From a virus: a stretch of DNA of 64,000 nt. Shown here piece after piece: positions 48,456 to 57,238 of the stretch. Every line of letters begins with the position of its first letter. Position 1 is the first letter of the stretch. Location: the IMG/VR virus record IMGVR_UViG_3300021389_000015, positions 1 to 64,000 of that record; one strand, given 5' to 3'. Made by a program: the position numbers and the translations under genes. A model generated the notes under the pieces. That model saw nothing but the letters and a program-made list of their open reading frames with translations. It was not told the DNA's origin and did not search any database.

Positions 48456-49318
48456 AAAATATAATATATCAATATTGGCAAGGTGACTTAAAACCTGGTG
48501 TCATTTACAGCACTAAACTTATGAAAGAATATGCAGATAGGATTGGTGCAGAATATAGATTTGATCATAACATTCAAATAGCATCTAAGACTGTGAACGT
48601 GCCAATTTATTATGAACCTGCAAATCCTTTAGTAGATCCATCATTTGATGTATATGATAATGTTGCATTAGTTGATATTGACGTGTATCCAACCGAAGGA
48701 TTAACTGACGATATGTTTATGTTAGATGGCGAAGATGCATGTATTTGTACAGAACCTAAACAACCACATTTTAGACAGATCTATAATGTTGCAGGCATTA
48801 CAAATGCAAATGATATGAACTGGACTCGACACTTGAAGAATGTATGGAATATTGAATATTCGTATGATAGAGAAAATAGACCAATGGTGTACAACACTGG
48901 TGTTGTAGTTATATCAAAGAACGGTTTAAAAAAGATTAAAAAAGAATGGCCAACATTTCAACAGTATGTCAATCAAATGAATGCATTTCCTAGATTCTAT
49001 AAACTCTTTCAAGACTATTTCTCTGCAATGATTCATTACAGTGATTTTGTATTTGCACGCATGCCAAATAGTTGGAACTGCTATATGCATAAAGTAGGAT
49101 CACATCCTAATGCAACTATAGGTGATAATCGTGGTGCTGATCCTAAACTTGTGCACGTAATGTTTAGAACTGCAGACGACTGGCCAGAAGCAGCTCTTAA
49201 TGATGTGGTAAATAAACCTGTAAATGAATGGAAACTTCCAGTTCATAAAGAATGGCCAAATGATGCAGTTGCATCTAATAGTTTAATTGGTCAAATAAAT
49301 AAAATACAAGGACGATAG
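48452..49318 (+). CDS. GT-A fold glycosyltransferase
   Basis: KNIIYQY, DID, YNTGVV, WN; resembles 45825 ORF. Confidence 0.7.
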   Translation: MKNIIYQYWQGDLKPGVIYSTKLMKEYADRIGAEYRFDHNIQIASKTVNVPIYYEPANPLVDPSFDVYDNVALVDIDVYPTEGLTDDMFMLDGEDACICTEPKQPHFRQIYNVAGITNANDMNWTRHLKNVWNIEYSYDRENRPMVYNTGVVVISKNGLKKIKKEWPTFQQYVNQMNAFPRFYKLFQDYFSAMIHYSDFVFARMPNSWNCYMHKVGSHPNATIGDNRGADPKLVHVMFRTADDWPEAALNDVVNKPVNEWKLPVHKEWPNDAVASNSLIGQINKIQGR

Positions 49319-49319
49319 C

Positions 49320-49889
49320 ATGCTTACAGCTGATTTAGGTCATGTAAAAACCATACACGAATTTTACAAATCAATAAGAACTCAACAAGAAGTTGCACAT
49401 GGTAAAGCATATTGCGATCAGCATGATGCTATTACTAAGTACATGGAAGAATGTAACTCGTATAAAGAGTTAGGCACACACCAAGGCGGCACCGCTGCAT
49501 GTGCTATGTTAACTAATCCAAAGTATGTTGAATTAATTGATATTAATCATTACAAATATAGATGGAGACTACAGCCATTAGCTGAAGCGTATTGTGAAGA
49601 ACATAACATTGAGTTAGTAGTAAAAGATGCTGATTCCAGTTCATTGGCTTCACTTGGTGCACCTGTAGACATGATGTTGATAGATTCACTACACAAACCT
49701 GATCATATGAAAAAAGAATTAGAACTACATGGTGTATCAGTTAACAAATACATTATAGCACACGATACATATGTCAATCAATCTCTCCACGCATGCTTAG
49801 AAAATTGGTGTAATGATAACCGTGCTTGGAAAGTACACGAAAGAGGAATGGTTAACGTTGGTTATACGGTGTTAAAGAAAAATGCGTAA
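49320..49889 (+). CDS. SAM-dependent methyltransferase (Methyltransf_24-like)
   Basis: ELGTHQGGT, LIDSLH, IIAHDT. Confidence 0.75.
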   Translation: MLTADLGHVKTIHEFYKSIRTQQEVAHGKAYCDQHDAITKYMEECNSYKELGTHQGGTAACAMLTNPKYVELIDINHYKYRWRLQPLAEAYCEEHNIELVVKDADSSSLASLGAPVDMMLIDSLHKPDHMKKELELHGVSVNKYIIAHDTYVNQSLHACLENWCNDNRAWKVHERGMVNVGYTVLKKNA

Positions 49890-50583
49890 TATAATACTAC
49901 AACACTTTGATGGCGAGATGAGACCACTTGATTATGAATCACAGTGGAATATTATGGATTACGCCGATATGATTGATGCTGATTATAAATTAGTGCTAGG
50001 TAAACCATTTAGAGAAAATTTGACAAATGCCTGCCAAAAGGTTCATATGTTGCATGAAGATTTTGATGATTGGGATAACGTATTAATGTTAGATATTGAT
50101 ATGTTTAGACCTGAAGCTATGAGGTTAAATATATTTGATCAACCCGGTATAGGTCGATATGCCGACGTTCAGCAAAACTTACACAAGAGATTAACGCAAT
50201 GGTACCCTATGTTAGGTAGTATGGATACGCCATATTGGGGTGGTGCTATCTATAAGATGGATAGACATACAAGACAAACACTACGTAAACAGCTCGGTGG
50301 CAATGAAGGTTGGATGCAAAATTTTAATAAACCTTATAACTATGAAGATGAAGGTATTATGCATGTCTTGGCAATGAGGTCAGGTATGAAATTTAAAGAA
50401 CCGTATTTAGATCGTAAATGGTGTCAGTGTTCTTTTTTACCTAATCCTGAAAGAGCAGGCTTTATTCATGTAAGAACTAAGATAACTCCTCAAGGACCTA
50501 AGAGAGAAAAGATACTTAACTGGAAAGAATTAGTTGATAAAAAAATCATAGCTGCTTACAAACCTCATGATAGTGATGCTTAA
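49882..50583 (+). CDS. GT-A fold glycosyltransferase
   Basis: RNIILQH, QKVHML, LDID, DEG. Confidence 0.65.
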   Translation: MRNIILQHFDGEMRPLDYESQWNIMDYADMIDADYKLVLGKPFRENLTNACQKVHMLHEDFDDWDNVLMLDIDMFRPEAMRLNIFDQPGIGRYADVQQNLHKRLTQWYPMLGSMDTPYWGGAIYKMDRHTRQTLRKQLGGNEGWMQNFNKPYNYEDEGIMHVLAMRSGMKFKEPYLDRKWCQCSFLPNPERAGFIHVRTKITPQGPKREKILNWKELVDKKIIAAYKPHDSDA

Positions 50584-50989
50584 TATATTATTTGAAAGAT
50601 ATAAATCTAAAAGACTAAAGTACCACTTATATTATGAAAAAGAATTCTTTCATCGTAGATTTGAACCACTCATGATATTGCAAGTTGGTATAGAACCAAG
50701 CCTACAGGTTTGGCAAAGATACTTTACCAGATCTCAAATATATTGTATTGACAGATTTGTACATACAGATCCTAAAAACATTTCTTACTTAGATGAAGAA
50801 AGAATACACTGGTCAAGGTGTGATGTAAATGATAAAAAGAAACTTAATCATGTTATGATAGATGTATGGAAAAAGCCACGGTTTAATATTATAATAGATA
50901 GTATTAGTGATCATAAAACAATGAGACATTACGGTGTTGATAAGTACTACAAAGAGGTAAATAATGAAGTCTTTTGCCATAGTTGTTGA
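50567..50989 (+). CDS. short/degenerate methyltransferase-like protein
   Basis: ILQVGI, WQRYF, YCID, FNIIID. Confidence 0.5.
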   Translation: MIVMLNILFERYKSKRLKYHLYYEKEFFHRRFEPLMILQVGIEPSLQVWQRYFTRSQIYCIDRFVHTDPKNISYLDEERIHWSRCDVNDKKKLNHVMIDVWKKPRFNIIIDSISDHKTMRHYGVDKYYKEVNNEVFCHSC

Positions 50990-51692
50990 AGGCAATAAAA
51001 CATCTGAATCAGGTTATCGAGAACTCAAAGAGAGTTACGATAAGTATGGTTATCAAGATGAATTACAAATTCAACCAGCAATACCACCAGAAAAAGCTGA
51101 AGGTTATTGCGGTGGCAATGGTTTGTATTGGAACTATCCTTGGGAAGGTACTGAAACTGATTTGAAAACTGGTCTTATAAAATCTGCATATCCGACTCAA
51201 GATAAAAACAAAAGAATATCATGTTTTTTAAGTCATTGGTATCTGTGGCATAAGTGTAAGAACTTAGATGAAATGATAATGGTGTTTGAACATGACTCTC
51301 GAATCATACGTAAACTACCTGCAGATAGTACATTCCAAAAATCTCAGTTTGATATTGTAGGTATAAATGATCCATCAATGGCAACAAGAAAATCTAAATT
51401 ATATCACGATATTATACTTAAAAGAGCACAATCAGAATTACAAAGTCAGCAATATACTGAGTTCTTTCAACCAGTTCCTCGTATTGATGAGTTCAATGTA
51501 CCACAAGGATTAGCAGGTAATTCTGCTTATGTCATAAAACCAGCCGGCGCAATTAAGATGATAGAGTTATCACAAGAACACGGCATGTGGCCTAATGATG
51601 CACTGATGTGTTATCAACTTATTGAGTCGCTTGGAGTAACACGTAACTTTTATACAAGAGTACAAGGATTGAGGTCAACCACAACATTATGA
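50964..51692 (+). CDS. GT25-like glycosyltransferase
   Basis: SCFLSHWYLW, VFEHD, AYVIKPAGA, PND. Confidence 0.78.
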   Translation: MKSFAIVVEGNKTSESGYRELKESYDKYGYQDELQIQPAIPPEKAEGYCGGNGLYWNYPWEGTETDLKTGLIKSAYPTQDKNKRISCFLSHWYLWHKCKNLDEMIMVFEHDSRIIRKLPADSTFQKSQFDIVGINDPSMATRKSKLYHDIILKRAQSELQSQQYTEFFQPVPRIDEFNVPQGLAGNSAYVIKPAGAIKMIELSQEHGMWPNDALMCYQLIESLGVTRNFYTRVQGLRSTTTL

Positions 51693-52330
51693 AGATGTAT
51701 GTAATAACAATAATGGAAAATGAAAGATCAGTACAAGTTGCTGATAGGTGTATACAAAGTGGTTTGGTATTTGGTCATAAGATAGAAAAGCATCCAGCAT
51801 ATTCTCCACAGAACTGTAATGTAAATCAAGAACTTGATAATTTAAATTATGACAGATCTGGTTTTATAGAAAAATATAGTAGGCCAGAAAACTGTATTGC
51901 AGGATTTTTAAGTCATCATAGCTTGTGGCAAAAATGTATTGACTTAAGTGAACCAATAGTAATATTTGAACACGATGCTGTAATAGTAAATGATATACCA
52001 GAACTACCTATGTTTGACATATTAAGTTTTGGTAAACCATCTTACGGTAAGTTCAATACGCCATCATTTTTAGGCTATGGTGCATTAGTATCTAAACCGT
52101 ATTTCCCTGGTGCACATGCATATAGGATTACTCCTAAAGGTGCAGCAGAATTAATTAATGAGGCTCAGTTTACTGCAGGTCCAACCGATGTTTATATTCA
52201 CAGCAGTAAGTTTACATTAGGTGAGTATTATCCATGGCCAGTAGAAGCAAGAGATAGTTTTACTACAATACAGAGAAAAGAAGGTTGTTACGCAAAGCAT
52301 AACTATGGTGAAACCTACGACATTATATGA
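51689..52330 (+). CDS. GT25-like glycosyltransferase
   Basis: FLSHHSLW, IFEHDA, AYRITPKGA, PTD. Confidence 0.78.
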   Translation: MKMYVITIMENERSVQVADRCIQSGLVFGHKIEKHPAYSPQNCNVNQELDNLNYDRSGFIEKYSRPENCIAGFLSHHSLWQKCIDLSEPIVIFEHDAVIVNDIPELPMFDILSFGKPSYGKFNTPSFLGYGALVSKPYFPGAHAYRITPKGAAELINEAQFTAGPTDVYIHSSKFTLGEYYPWPVEARDSFTTIQRKEGCYAKHNYGETYDII

Positions 52331-52961
52331 TGAAGCTTTTGTAACTGGTTGCGATAGTTCACAAGAGTGGATGTTAGACTGGTTCTTAAAGAACTTTAAA
52401 AAGAATTCAAACAAACCTTTGATATTTGCAAACTTTGGTGTATCAGAATTAAGTCTTGAAATTATGAGAGCTAACTGTCATGCTATCATGGATATGACTA
52501 ACGTTGAAGAACAAGGTTGGTTTAAAAAACCAATGACAATGTTGAAGTGTCCGTCAGTTAAGACAGTTTGGTTGGATACTGATTGCGAAGTTATGATGAA
52601 TATCGATGGAATATTTAATTTATTAGAACCAAATAAACTTAATATGGTAACAGATAGGCCATGGACAAAACGAACAGGTGAAGTGTGGCATAACTCTGGT
52701 GTTGTCGGGTTTATAGATAAACCTATAATATTAAATCAATGGGTAAATGCCGTAAAATATAATAGTGGCAACCAAGGAGATCAAGAAGTATTACACTCGA
52801 TGTTGAATCCTATCACTAAGATTGGCGCAATACACGATTTACCTAATGAGTATAATGTATTAAGAATACAAACTGAGGTTGATAAAAACTATCATGGCAC
52901 TATACGTATCATGCACTGGACCGGCCACAAAGGTAAAATAATAATTAAATATAAAAAGTAG
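52305..52961 (+). CDS. GT8-like glycosyltransferase
   Basis: WFKKP, WLDTD, NSGVV, GDQE, YN, HWTG. Confidence 0.72.
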   Translation: MVKPTTLYDEAFVTGCDSSQEWMLDWFLKNFKKNSNKPLIFANFGVSELSLEIMRANCHAIMDMTNVEEQGWFKKPMTMLKCPSVKTVWLDTDCEVMMNIDGIFNLLEPNKLNMVTDRPWTKRTGEVWHNSGVVGFIDKPIILNQWVNAVKYNSGNQGDQEVLHSMLNPITKIGAIHDLPNEYNVLRIQTEVDKNYHGTIRIMHWTGHKGKIIIKYKK

Positions 52962-52968
52962 GATCATT

Positions 52969-53592
52969 ATGAAAAGAATAGTACATATAATTGGTAACGG
53001 TGATCATTCTGGATATTTTTGGAATGAACCGAGATACGGCATGAAATTAACATGCAACGTACCTCCATTTGCTATACCTAATGTTTATGCTACTATTATG
53101 GTTGATTTTAAAATGATGAAAGCGATTCATGATGGTTCAGTAACTTTTGGTGGAGAATGGATTGTTGGCATGAGGCCAAAAATTTATATGGGTAATAATC
53201 CATCATTTCATATCAAAATGTCACCTTATATAAAAGAGTTTTATACAGAACTACCGAAGTATGTAGCTAACTACACAGACTTTAACTGCGGTCATATGGC
53301 ATGTCATTATGCAGCAAATAAAGTAAAAGCAGAAGAAGTACATATGTACGGATTCGATTCTTTATTTGATTTTAACTTAAGAAGTTACACTGATCTATTT
53401 TTAAACTCTGATCGTGGCGATATCAATAACAATAGACTTGCAAATAACTGGCGACCGGTCTGGGAAAATATGTTTAAAGAGTTTCCAAAAACTAAGTTTG
53501 TACTATACCATAAACATAATGCAATTAAAGTTAATGTCGGTGATAATGTTAGTATCGTAACATACGATAAGATGGCCAAAGCACCAGCTTAA
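52969..53592 (+). CDS. putative glycosyltransferase (sialyltransferase/MAF-like Rossmann fold)
   Basis: IIGNGxxS, TCN, NCGH, MYGFD. Confidence 0.5.
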   Translation: MKRIVHIIGNGDHSGYFWNEPRYGMKLTCNVPPFAIPNVYATIMVDFKMMKAIHDGSVTFGGEWIVGMRPKIYMGNNPSFHIKMSPYIKEFYTELPKYVANYTDFNCGHMACHYAANKVKAEEVHMYGFDSLFDFNLRSYTDLFLNSDRGDINNNRLANNWRPVWENMFKEFPKTKFVLYHKHNAIKVNVGDNVSIVTYDKMAKAPA

Positions 53593-53602
53593 CTATTAAC
53601 AG

Positions 53603-53646
53603 GTTAATCACTTTTTTTCATTTAAGTGCATTTTTTCCTTTACAAA
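53603..53646 (+). repeat. 44-bp direct repeat (promoter upstream element), copy 2
   Basis: Identical to 30830-30873. Confidence 0.85.
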
Positions 53647-53667
53647 TCCTGATTTTTATGGTATAAT
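53639..53667 (+). promoter_or_regulatory. early sigma70-like promoter
   Basis: TTTACA-17 nt-TATAAT. Confidence 0.85.
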
Positions 53668-53699
53668 ATATCTATTAAAATAAAAAATCAGGAGTTAAA

Positions 53700-53855
53700 A
53701 TGTTGAAAATCGAAGAACTACAAAAGATTAAAGAATCATTGACAGACCTTGGAGACATCGTATGGAATGACATGGATTCTCATGATCCTAAAACAATCAG
53801 AAATCTTGATGAATCAATTGAAGCAATTGATAAGGCTATAAAAAAATGTGCATAA
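53700..53855 (+). CDS. 51-aa early hypothetical protein
   Basis: AGGAG SD; not in ORF track. Confidence 0.6.
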   Translation: MLKIEELQKIKESLTDLGDIVWNDMDSHDPKTIRNLDESIEAIDKAIKKCA

Positions 53856-53869
53856 AGTGCATTTTTTCC

Positions 53870-53898
53870 TTTACAGTTGCTGAAAAATGTAGTATAAT
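53870..53898 (+). promoter_or_regulatory. early sigma70-like promoter
   Basis: AAGTGCATTTTTTCC-TTTACA-17 nt-TATAAT. Confidence 0.85.
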
Positions 53899-53931
53899 AG
53901 ATCTATAATAATTAAAAGGGAGTTAGATATT

Positions 53932-54120
53932 ATGGCAAAAGTTAAAAGTTTAGTTATGGATTCAATGGACGAGTTTTACAGTAACGCAGAGCATATCGTT
54001 AAGGATGCTGATTCGTTATCTCAAGCCAAAGAACATGTCGAGATCATGAGAAACAGAGAGTTCAACTGGTTGGACAAAGATCAAATTGCCGATGAAGTAG
54101 AGTTATACTGGTATGCTTAA
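53932..54120 (+). CDS. small acidic early protein
   Basis: GGGAG SD. Confidence 0.65.
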   Translation: MAKVKSLVMDSMDEFYSNAEHIVKDADSLSQAKEHVEIMRNREFNWLDKDQIADEVELYWYA

Positions 54121-54664
54121 CAATATCAATGCCATGAAAGCATTTATTGCAGGTACTATAGGATTTATAGGACTATCATTCTGTAGTCCACAATCATATG
54201 CAGCATCGAAATATGAAGGTACCGCACACCAACAGATTGTATGTTTAGCCGATAACATCTATTGGGAAGCACGCAACCAGCCAGTTAAAGGTATGTTTGC
54301 GGTTGCATTTGTTGTTGATAACCGTGTTAGCGATGATCGTTATCCTAATACTTATTGTGAAGTTATACAACAAGGTCCTACTAGACCATCATGGAAAGAC
54401 AAAACAAAATACTTTCCGGTTAAAAACAGATGTCAATTCAGCTGGTTTTGTGATGGTAAAAGCGATGATATTCCTATATATGATAGAGAAGTTTATGATG
54501 TTGCACTTCAAATAGCTAGAACGATATTCTTTGGTCAATATAAAGATGATATAACTTATGGTGCAACACATTACCATGCCGACTATGTATTTCCATCATG
54601 GCGTAAACAAAAAACTAAAACTCTAATAATAGCTAATCATATTTTCTATAGATGGGAAAAATAA
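54113..54664 (+). CDS. cell wall hydrolase (SleB/Hydrolase_2 family)
   Basis: CLADNIYWEARNQ, VDNRV, CQFSWFCDG, GATHYHA, HIFY; N-terminal signal/TM. Confidence 0.9.
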   Translation: MLNNINAMKAFIAGTIGFIGLSFCSPQSYAASKYEGTAHQQIVCLADNIYWEARNQPVKGMFAVAFVVDNRVSDDRYPNTYCEVIQQGPTRPSWKDKTKYFPVKNRCQFSWFCDGKSDDIPIYDREVYDVALQIARTIFFGQYKDDITYGATHYHADYVFPSWRKQKTKTLIIANHIFYRWEK

Positions 54665-54825
54665 TGGAAGAAGAATGGTGGGAACACTACTGTTGTGTGA
54701 AAAGAGATATAATGGGATTTCAGAAGGGTGTACCATGTGATTGGTGCGATGAAGAAGATCCAAATCCATTTTCAATTAAAGTAATTGTAAGAGATAATAA
54801 AAGGTCTAAAGACGATGGTGAGTAA
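54664..54825 (+). CDS. 53-aa putative zinc-binding protein
   Basis: HYCC...CDWC; TAATG coupling; not in ORF track. Confidence 0.5.
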   Translation: MEEEWWEHYCCVKRDIMGFQKGVPCDWCDEEDPNPFSIKVIVRDNKRSKDDGE

Positions 54826-55189
54826 ATTCGTATATGATAGTTGGAATTCAGTCATGGATCATGATAGAAATCCTTTGAAGAATATACCGCACTTAAATAC
54901 AAGACATATGATAATGCAAGTGCTCGCTTGGATGTGGTGTATTATGTTTTCAATGTACTTTAGTAGTATGTGGATATTCGGTATCACGGCTATAGCACAT
55001 ATTTTTATCTTAGCTGCAATAACAGTTACAGTCGCTGCATTTGAAACTGCAAAAAGAAAACCACAATTCTTCTTAAAGAACGGTTATCATACATCGAGTA
55101 GATCAAGACAAGTAATGTACTTATCCGGTAATGGAAGACTACAAAAGATTGAATTAGACCCTAACGACCCTGGAGGCGAGCATGAATAA
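54815..55189 (+). CDS. membrane protein
   Basis: Two TM helices; NPLKNIP, MQVLAWMWC. Confidence 0.7.
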   Translation: MVSKFVYDSWNSVMDHDRNPLKNIPHLNTRHMIMQVLAWMWCIMFSMYFSSMWIFGITAIAHIFILAAITVTVAAFETAKRKPQFFLKNGYHTSSRSRQVMYLSGNGRLQKIELDPNDPGGEHE

Positions 55190-55529
55190 AACTAAAGAAC
55201 CGAAAGGTGAATATAAATTTAATGAAAAAGATTATGTTGAAGAGTTGCTAAGAGTAATTGACTCAACTTATACTGGTCATTATTCAAGACAGCACTTTCA
55301 GGCTACAGAATTTATAATTGACGGTGGCCACGGTACAGGTTTCTGTATCGGTAACATTATGAAGTATGCTCAAAGATATGGTAAAAAAGGTACGAGTAAA
55401 GATGCTCGTAAAGATTTACTGAAGGTGCTACACTATGCTATCATTCAGTTGTATGTCCATGATATGGATGAATTCGATAAATATGCAAGTGTTGATTCTG
55501 ATAGAGAATATAGATATAACACCGATTAG
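55182..55529 (+). CDS. DUF3310-like protein
   Basis: HY, GFCIGNIMKYAQRYGKK, DLLKVLHY. Confidence 0.75.
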   Translation: MNKTKEPKGEYKFNEKDYVEELLRVIDSTYTGHYSRQHFQATEFIIDGGHGTGFCIGNIMKYAQRYGKKGTSKDARKDLLKVLHYAIIQLYVHDMDEFDKYASVDSDREYRYNTD

Positions 55530-55531
55530 TG

Positions 55532-55539
55532 TATAAATA
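55532..55539 (+). promoter_or_regulatory. T4-type late promoter driving the riboswitch transcript
   Basis: TATAAATA 13 nt upstream of the aptamer. Confidence 0.75.
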
Positions 55540-55552
55540 GTATTACATTAAA

Positions 55553-55597
55553 CGTTCACCCGTAAAGGGCGGAAGTAAGCAATCGCTGAAGGAACGC
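55553..55597 (+). ncRNA. glnA-motif (glutamine-I) riboswitch aptamer
   Basis: CGTTC-A-CCC gtaaa GGG-CGGAAGTA-AGC aatc GCT-GAAG-GAACG-C: P1/P2/P3 junction with GGAAGUA/GAA E-loop. Confidence 0.85.
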
Positions 55598-55628
55598 ACT
55601 CTAACTATTAACTAGGGAGGGTGGCAAA

Positions 55629-55730
55629 ATGACTTACAGACCATTTCAATGGAAGATGTTTGTTAAGGCTCGTAAACGTGCTTTAGTTCATAAGATACTG
55701 AACTATCGTCTATTATTAAAAGCAGCTTAA
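55629..55730 (+). CDS. 33-aa basic peptide downstream of riboswitch
   Basis: GGGAGG SD; MTYRPFQWKMFVKARKRALVHKILNYRLLLKAA; not in ORF track. Confidence 0.7.
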   Translation: MTYRPFQWKMFVKARKRALVHKILNYRLLLKAA

Positions 55731-55945
55731 TAAACTTTAGTATTCTTACCGATGCGCTTAGGTACGCATATCGCCGTATATGATAGGAACTTAGGCGCAT
55801 CTTCTTGTGCGACTCTATTTGGAACACCAGGTTGATTGTTTAATCTTTCAGCAAAGTACTTACATCGATCAATGTCAGCAAAATACATATCTTGACTCTC
55901 TACACGAGAACCTAAATATACCATTAATAAAAATGCGTGTATCAT
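55727..55945 (-). CDS. hypothetical protein
   Basis: Last gene of minus-strand late operon; stop overlaps the peptide stop (TTAA). Confidence 0.7.
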   Translation of the reverse strand: MIHAFLLMVYLGSRVESQDMYFADIDRCKYFAERLNNQPGVPNRVAQEDAPKFLSYTAICVPKRIGKNTKVY

Positions 55946-56202
55946 CTTCGTTTCTTCTTAGTTTCTGTTTTAACTATCGAGGCTTGAGCTTCTCTTCTGA
56001 GTTTTTCAAGAGCATCTTCTGATTTATCAAATTTTGGCTTCTCTCTTGTAGAGAGTTGAGCCCAAAACTTATCTTTCACTGGAGCATTATTCTTACTATT
56101 ATTTAACATTATTGTGATGGCTTTATAACCATCACCCATGAACACTAACTTATCATTTTTATATAATTTAGACTTAGACGATATCGTCATATCTAGTATC
56201 AT
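55942..56202 (-). CDS. hypothetical protein
   Basis: Open frame; start uncertain (56223, 56202 or 56190). Confidence 0.55.
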   Translation of the reverse strand: MILDMTISSKSKLYKNDKLVFMGDGYKAITIMLNNSKNNAPVKDKFWAQLSTREKPKFDKSEDALEKLRREAQASIVKTETKKKRR

Positions 56203-56206
56203 ATTC

Positions 56207-56350
56207 TCATGTTTGAATATCATCTTTACCACATTCGCATTTCTGACACACGTCATTCATACACTCGGGACATCCACTTGAATAACAGTGACATCGATGT
56301 CCGCAATATCTACACTTTCTCTCTTCACCTACATTTGATTCACCTAACAT
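56207..56350 (-). CDS. 47-aa Cys/His-rich metallothionein-like peptide
   Basis: AGGAG SD; MLGESNVGEERKCRYCGHRCHCYSSGCPECMNDVCQKCECGKDDIQT; not in ORF track. Confidence 0.65.
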   Translation of the reverse strand: MLGESNVGEERKCRYCGHRCHCYSSGCPECMNDVCQKCECGKDDIQT

Positions 56351-56358
56351 ATCAGCTC

Positions 56359-56688
56359 CTACTTTTTACCTATTGAATTTAAACTATCCATCACATTATC
56401 GATGTTTGGTTCTTTACTATTTGGATTGTATACACACTTGAATTGTTTTGGACAATTGTTGTCAAACATCAACTCATATGTTTTATTACCACCCTGATAT
56501 ATACACGCCTGTTCACCACTTCTTGATTGTATGATCTTCTTTAATCTACATGTGGTGTACTTCTTTTCAACGATAGTACCACGTTGTATCTTCTGTTGAC
56601 GAGTATAGTCTTTCTTTGTACCGACCGTCTTAGCACCCGCAAGTGCCGTAGATACTATAACGCAAAAGATAAGAAAAAACTTTATCAT
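56359..56688 (-). CDS. putative secreted Cys-containing protein
   Basis: Signal peptide-like N-terminus; TCRL, ACIY, CPKQFKC. Confidence 0.7.
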   Translation of the reverse strand: MIKFFLIFCVIVSTALAGAKTVGTKKDYTRQQKIQRGTIVEKKYTTCRLKKIIQSRSGEQACIYQGGNKTYELMFDNNCPKQFKCVYNPNSKEPNIDNVMDSLNSIGKK

Positions 56689-57164
56689 TGATTACTATAA
56701 TAGATCGCACCAAAGACTGCCGCAACTCCACCGACCGCCGCACCCATAACCATGAGTACCATCTTAATGTCGGCCCATGTTTCGGCATCGGCTTTACGCT
56801 TATCGATACGCGCTTGTTTCTCGGCTTCTTTCTGTTCTTGTATTCGCCTTGCGCGTTCATCAACAATTCCTTGCCATGTACCCGGTCCAAATCGTAGATT
56901 AATGAGTGTTGAAATTTCTTGTAGTTGTTCCGCCGCAAGTCTTGCGTCAATCGTTTCTCTTGCGATATGTGCCGTGTCAAACTGTTCTTTGACTCCTAAA
57001 CCACGCTTATTCGACTTCTTATTGACTTCGTCTTTACCACGAAATAATGCGTCAATGTGACTACCTAACTCTCCGATGTCTTTACAGGTATCAATGTTAG
57101 ACTTAATGAAATCTACACTTGACTTCACCAATGCGATACCCGCTAGTATTTCTGCTACTGGCAT
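56685..57164 (-). CDS. coiled-coil protein with C-terminal TM helix
   Basis: GAGGAG SD; late promoter upstream. Confidence 0.75.
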   Translation of the reverse strand: MPVAEILAGIALVKSSVDFIKSNIDTCKDIGELGSHIDALFRGKDEVNKKSNKRGLGVKEQFDTAHIARETIDARLAAEQLQEISTLINLRFGPGTWQGIVDERARRIQEQKEAEKQARIDKRKADAETWADIKMVLMVMGAAVGGVAAVFGAIYYSNQ

Positions 57165-57186
57165 AATAACTCCTCTTCTTCAGTAC

Positions 57187-57194
57187 TATTTATA
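57187..57194 (-). promoter_or_regulatory. T4-type late promoter, minus strand
   Basis: TATTTATA is the reverse complement of TATAAATA. Confidence 0.7.
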
Positions 57195-57203
57195 AAATAA
57201 TCC

Positions 57204-57232
57204 TTTACAAACGGCGAATTCTGTGGTATAAT
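57204..57232 (+). promoter_or_regulatory. early sigma70-like promoter of tmRNA
   Basis: TTTACA-17 nt-TATAAT with TGTGG. Confidence 0.85.
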
Positions 57233-57238
57233 ATATAC

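Noticed and set aside
889-54577. Many minus-strand and alternate-frame ORFs in the track (e.g. 889-1149, 4653-5042, 7357-7761, 8548-8997, 14301-14663, 35598-35975, 45889-46269)
   Set aside because: They overlap well-supported + strand genes and show no recognisable motifs
55807-57060. Plus-strand ORFs 55807-56022, 56688-56897, 56752-57060 and minus ORF 56630-56980
   Set aside because: Shadows of the minus-strand late operon
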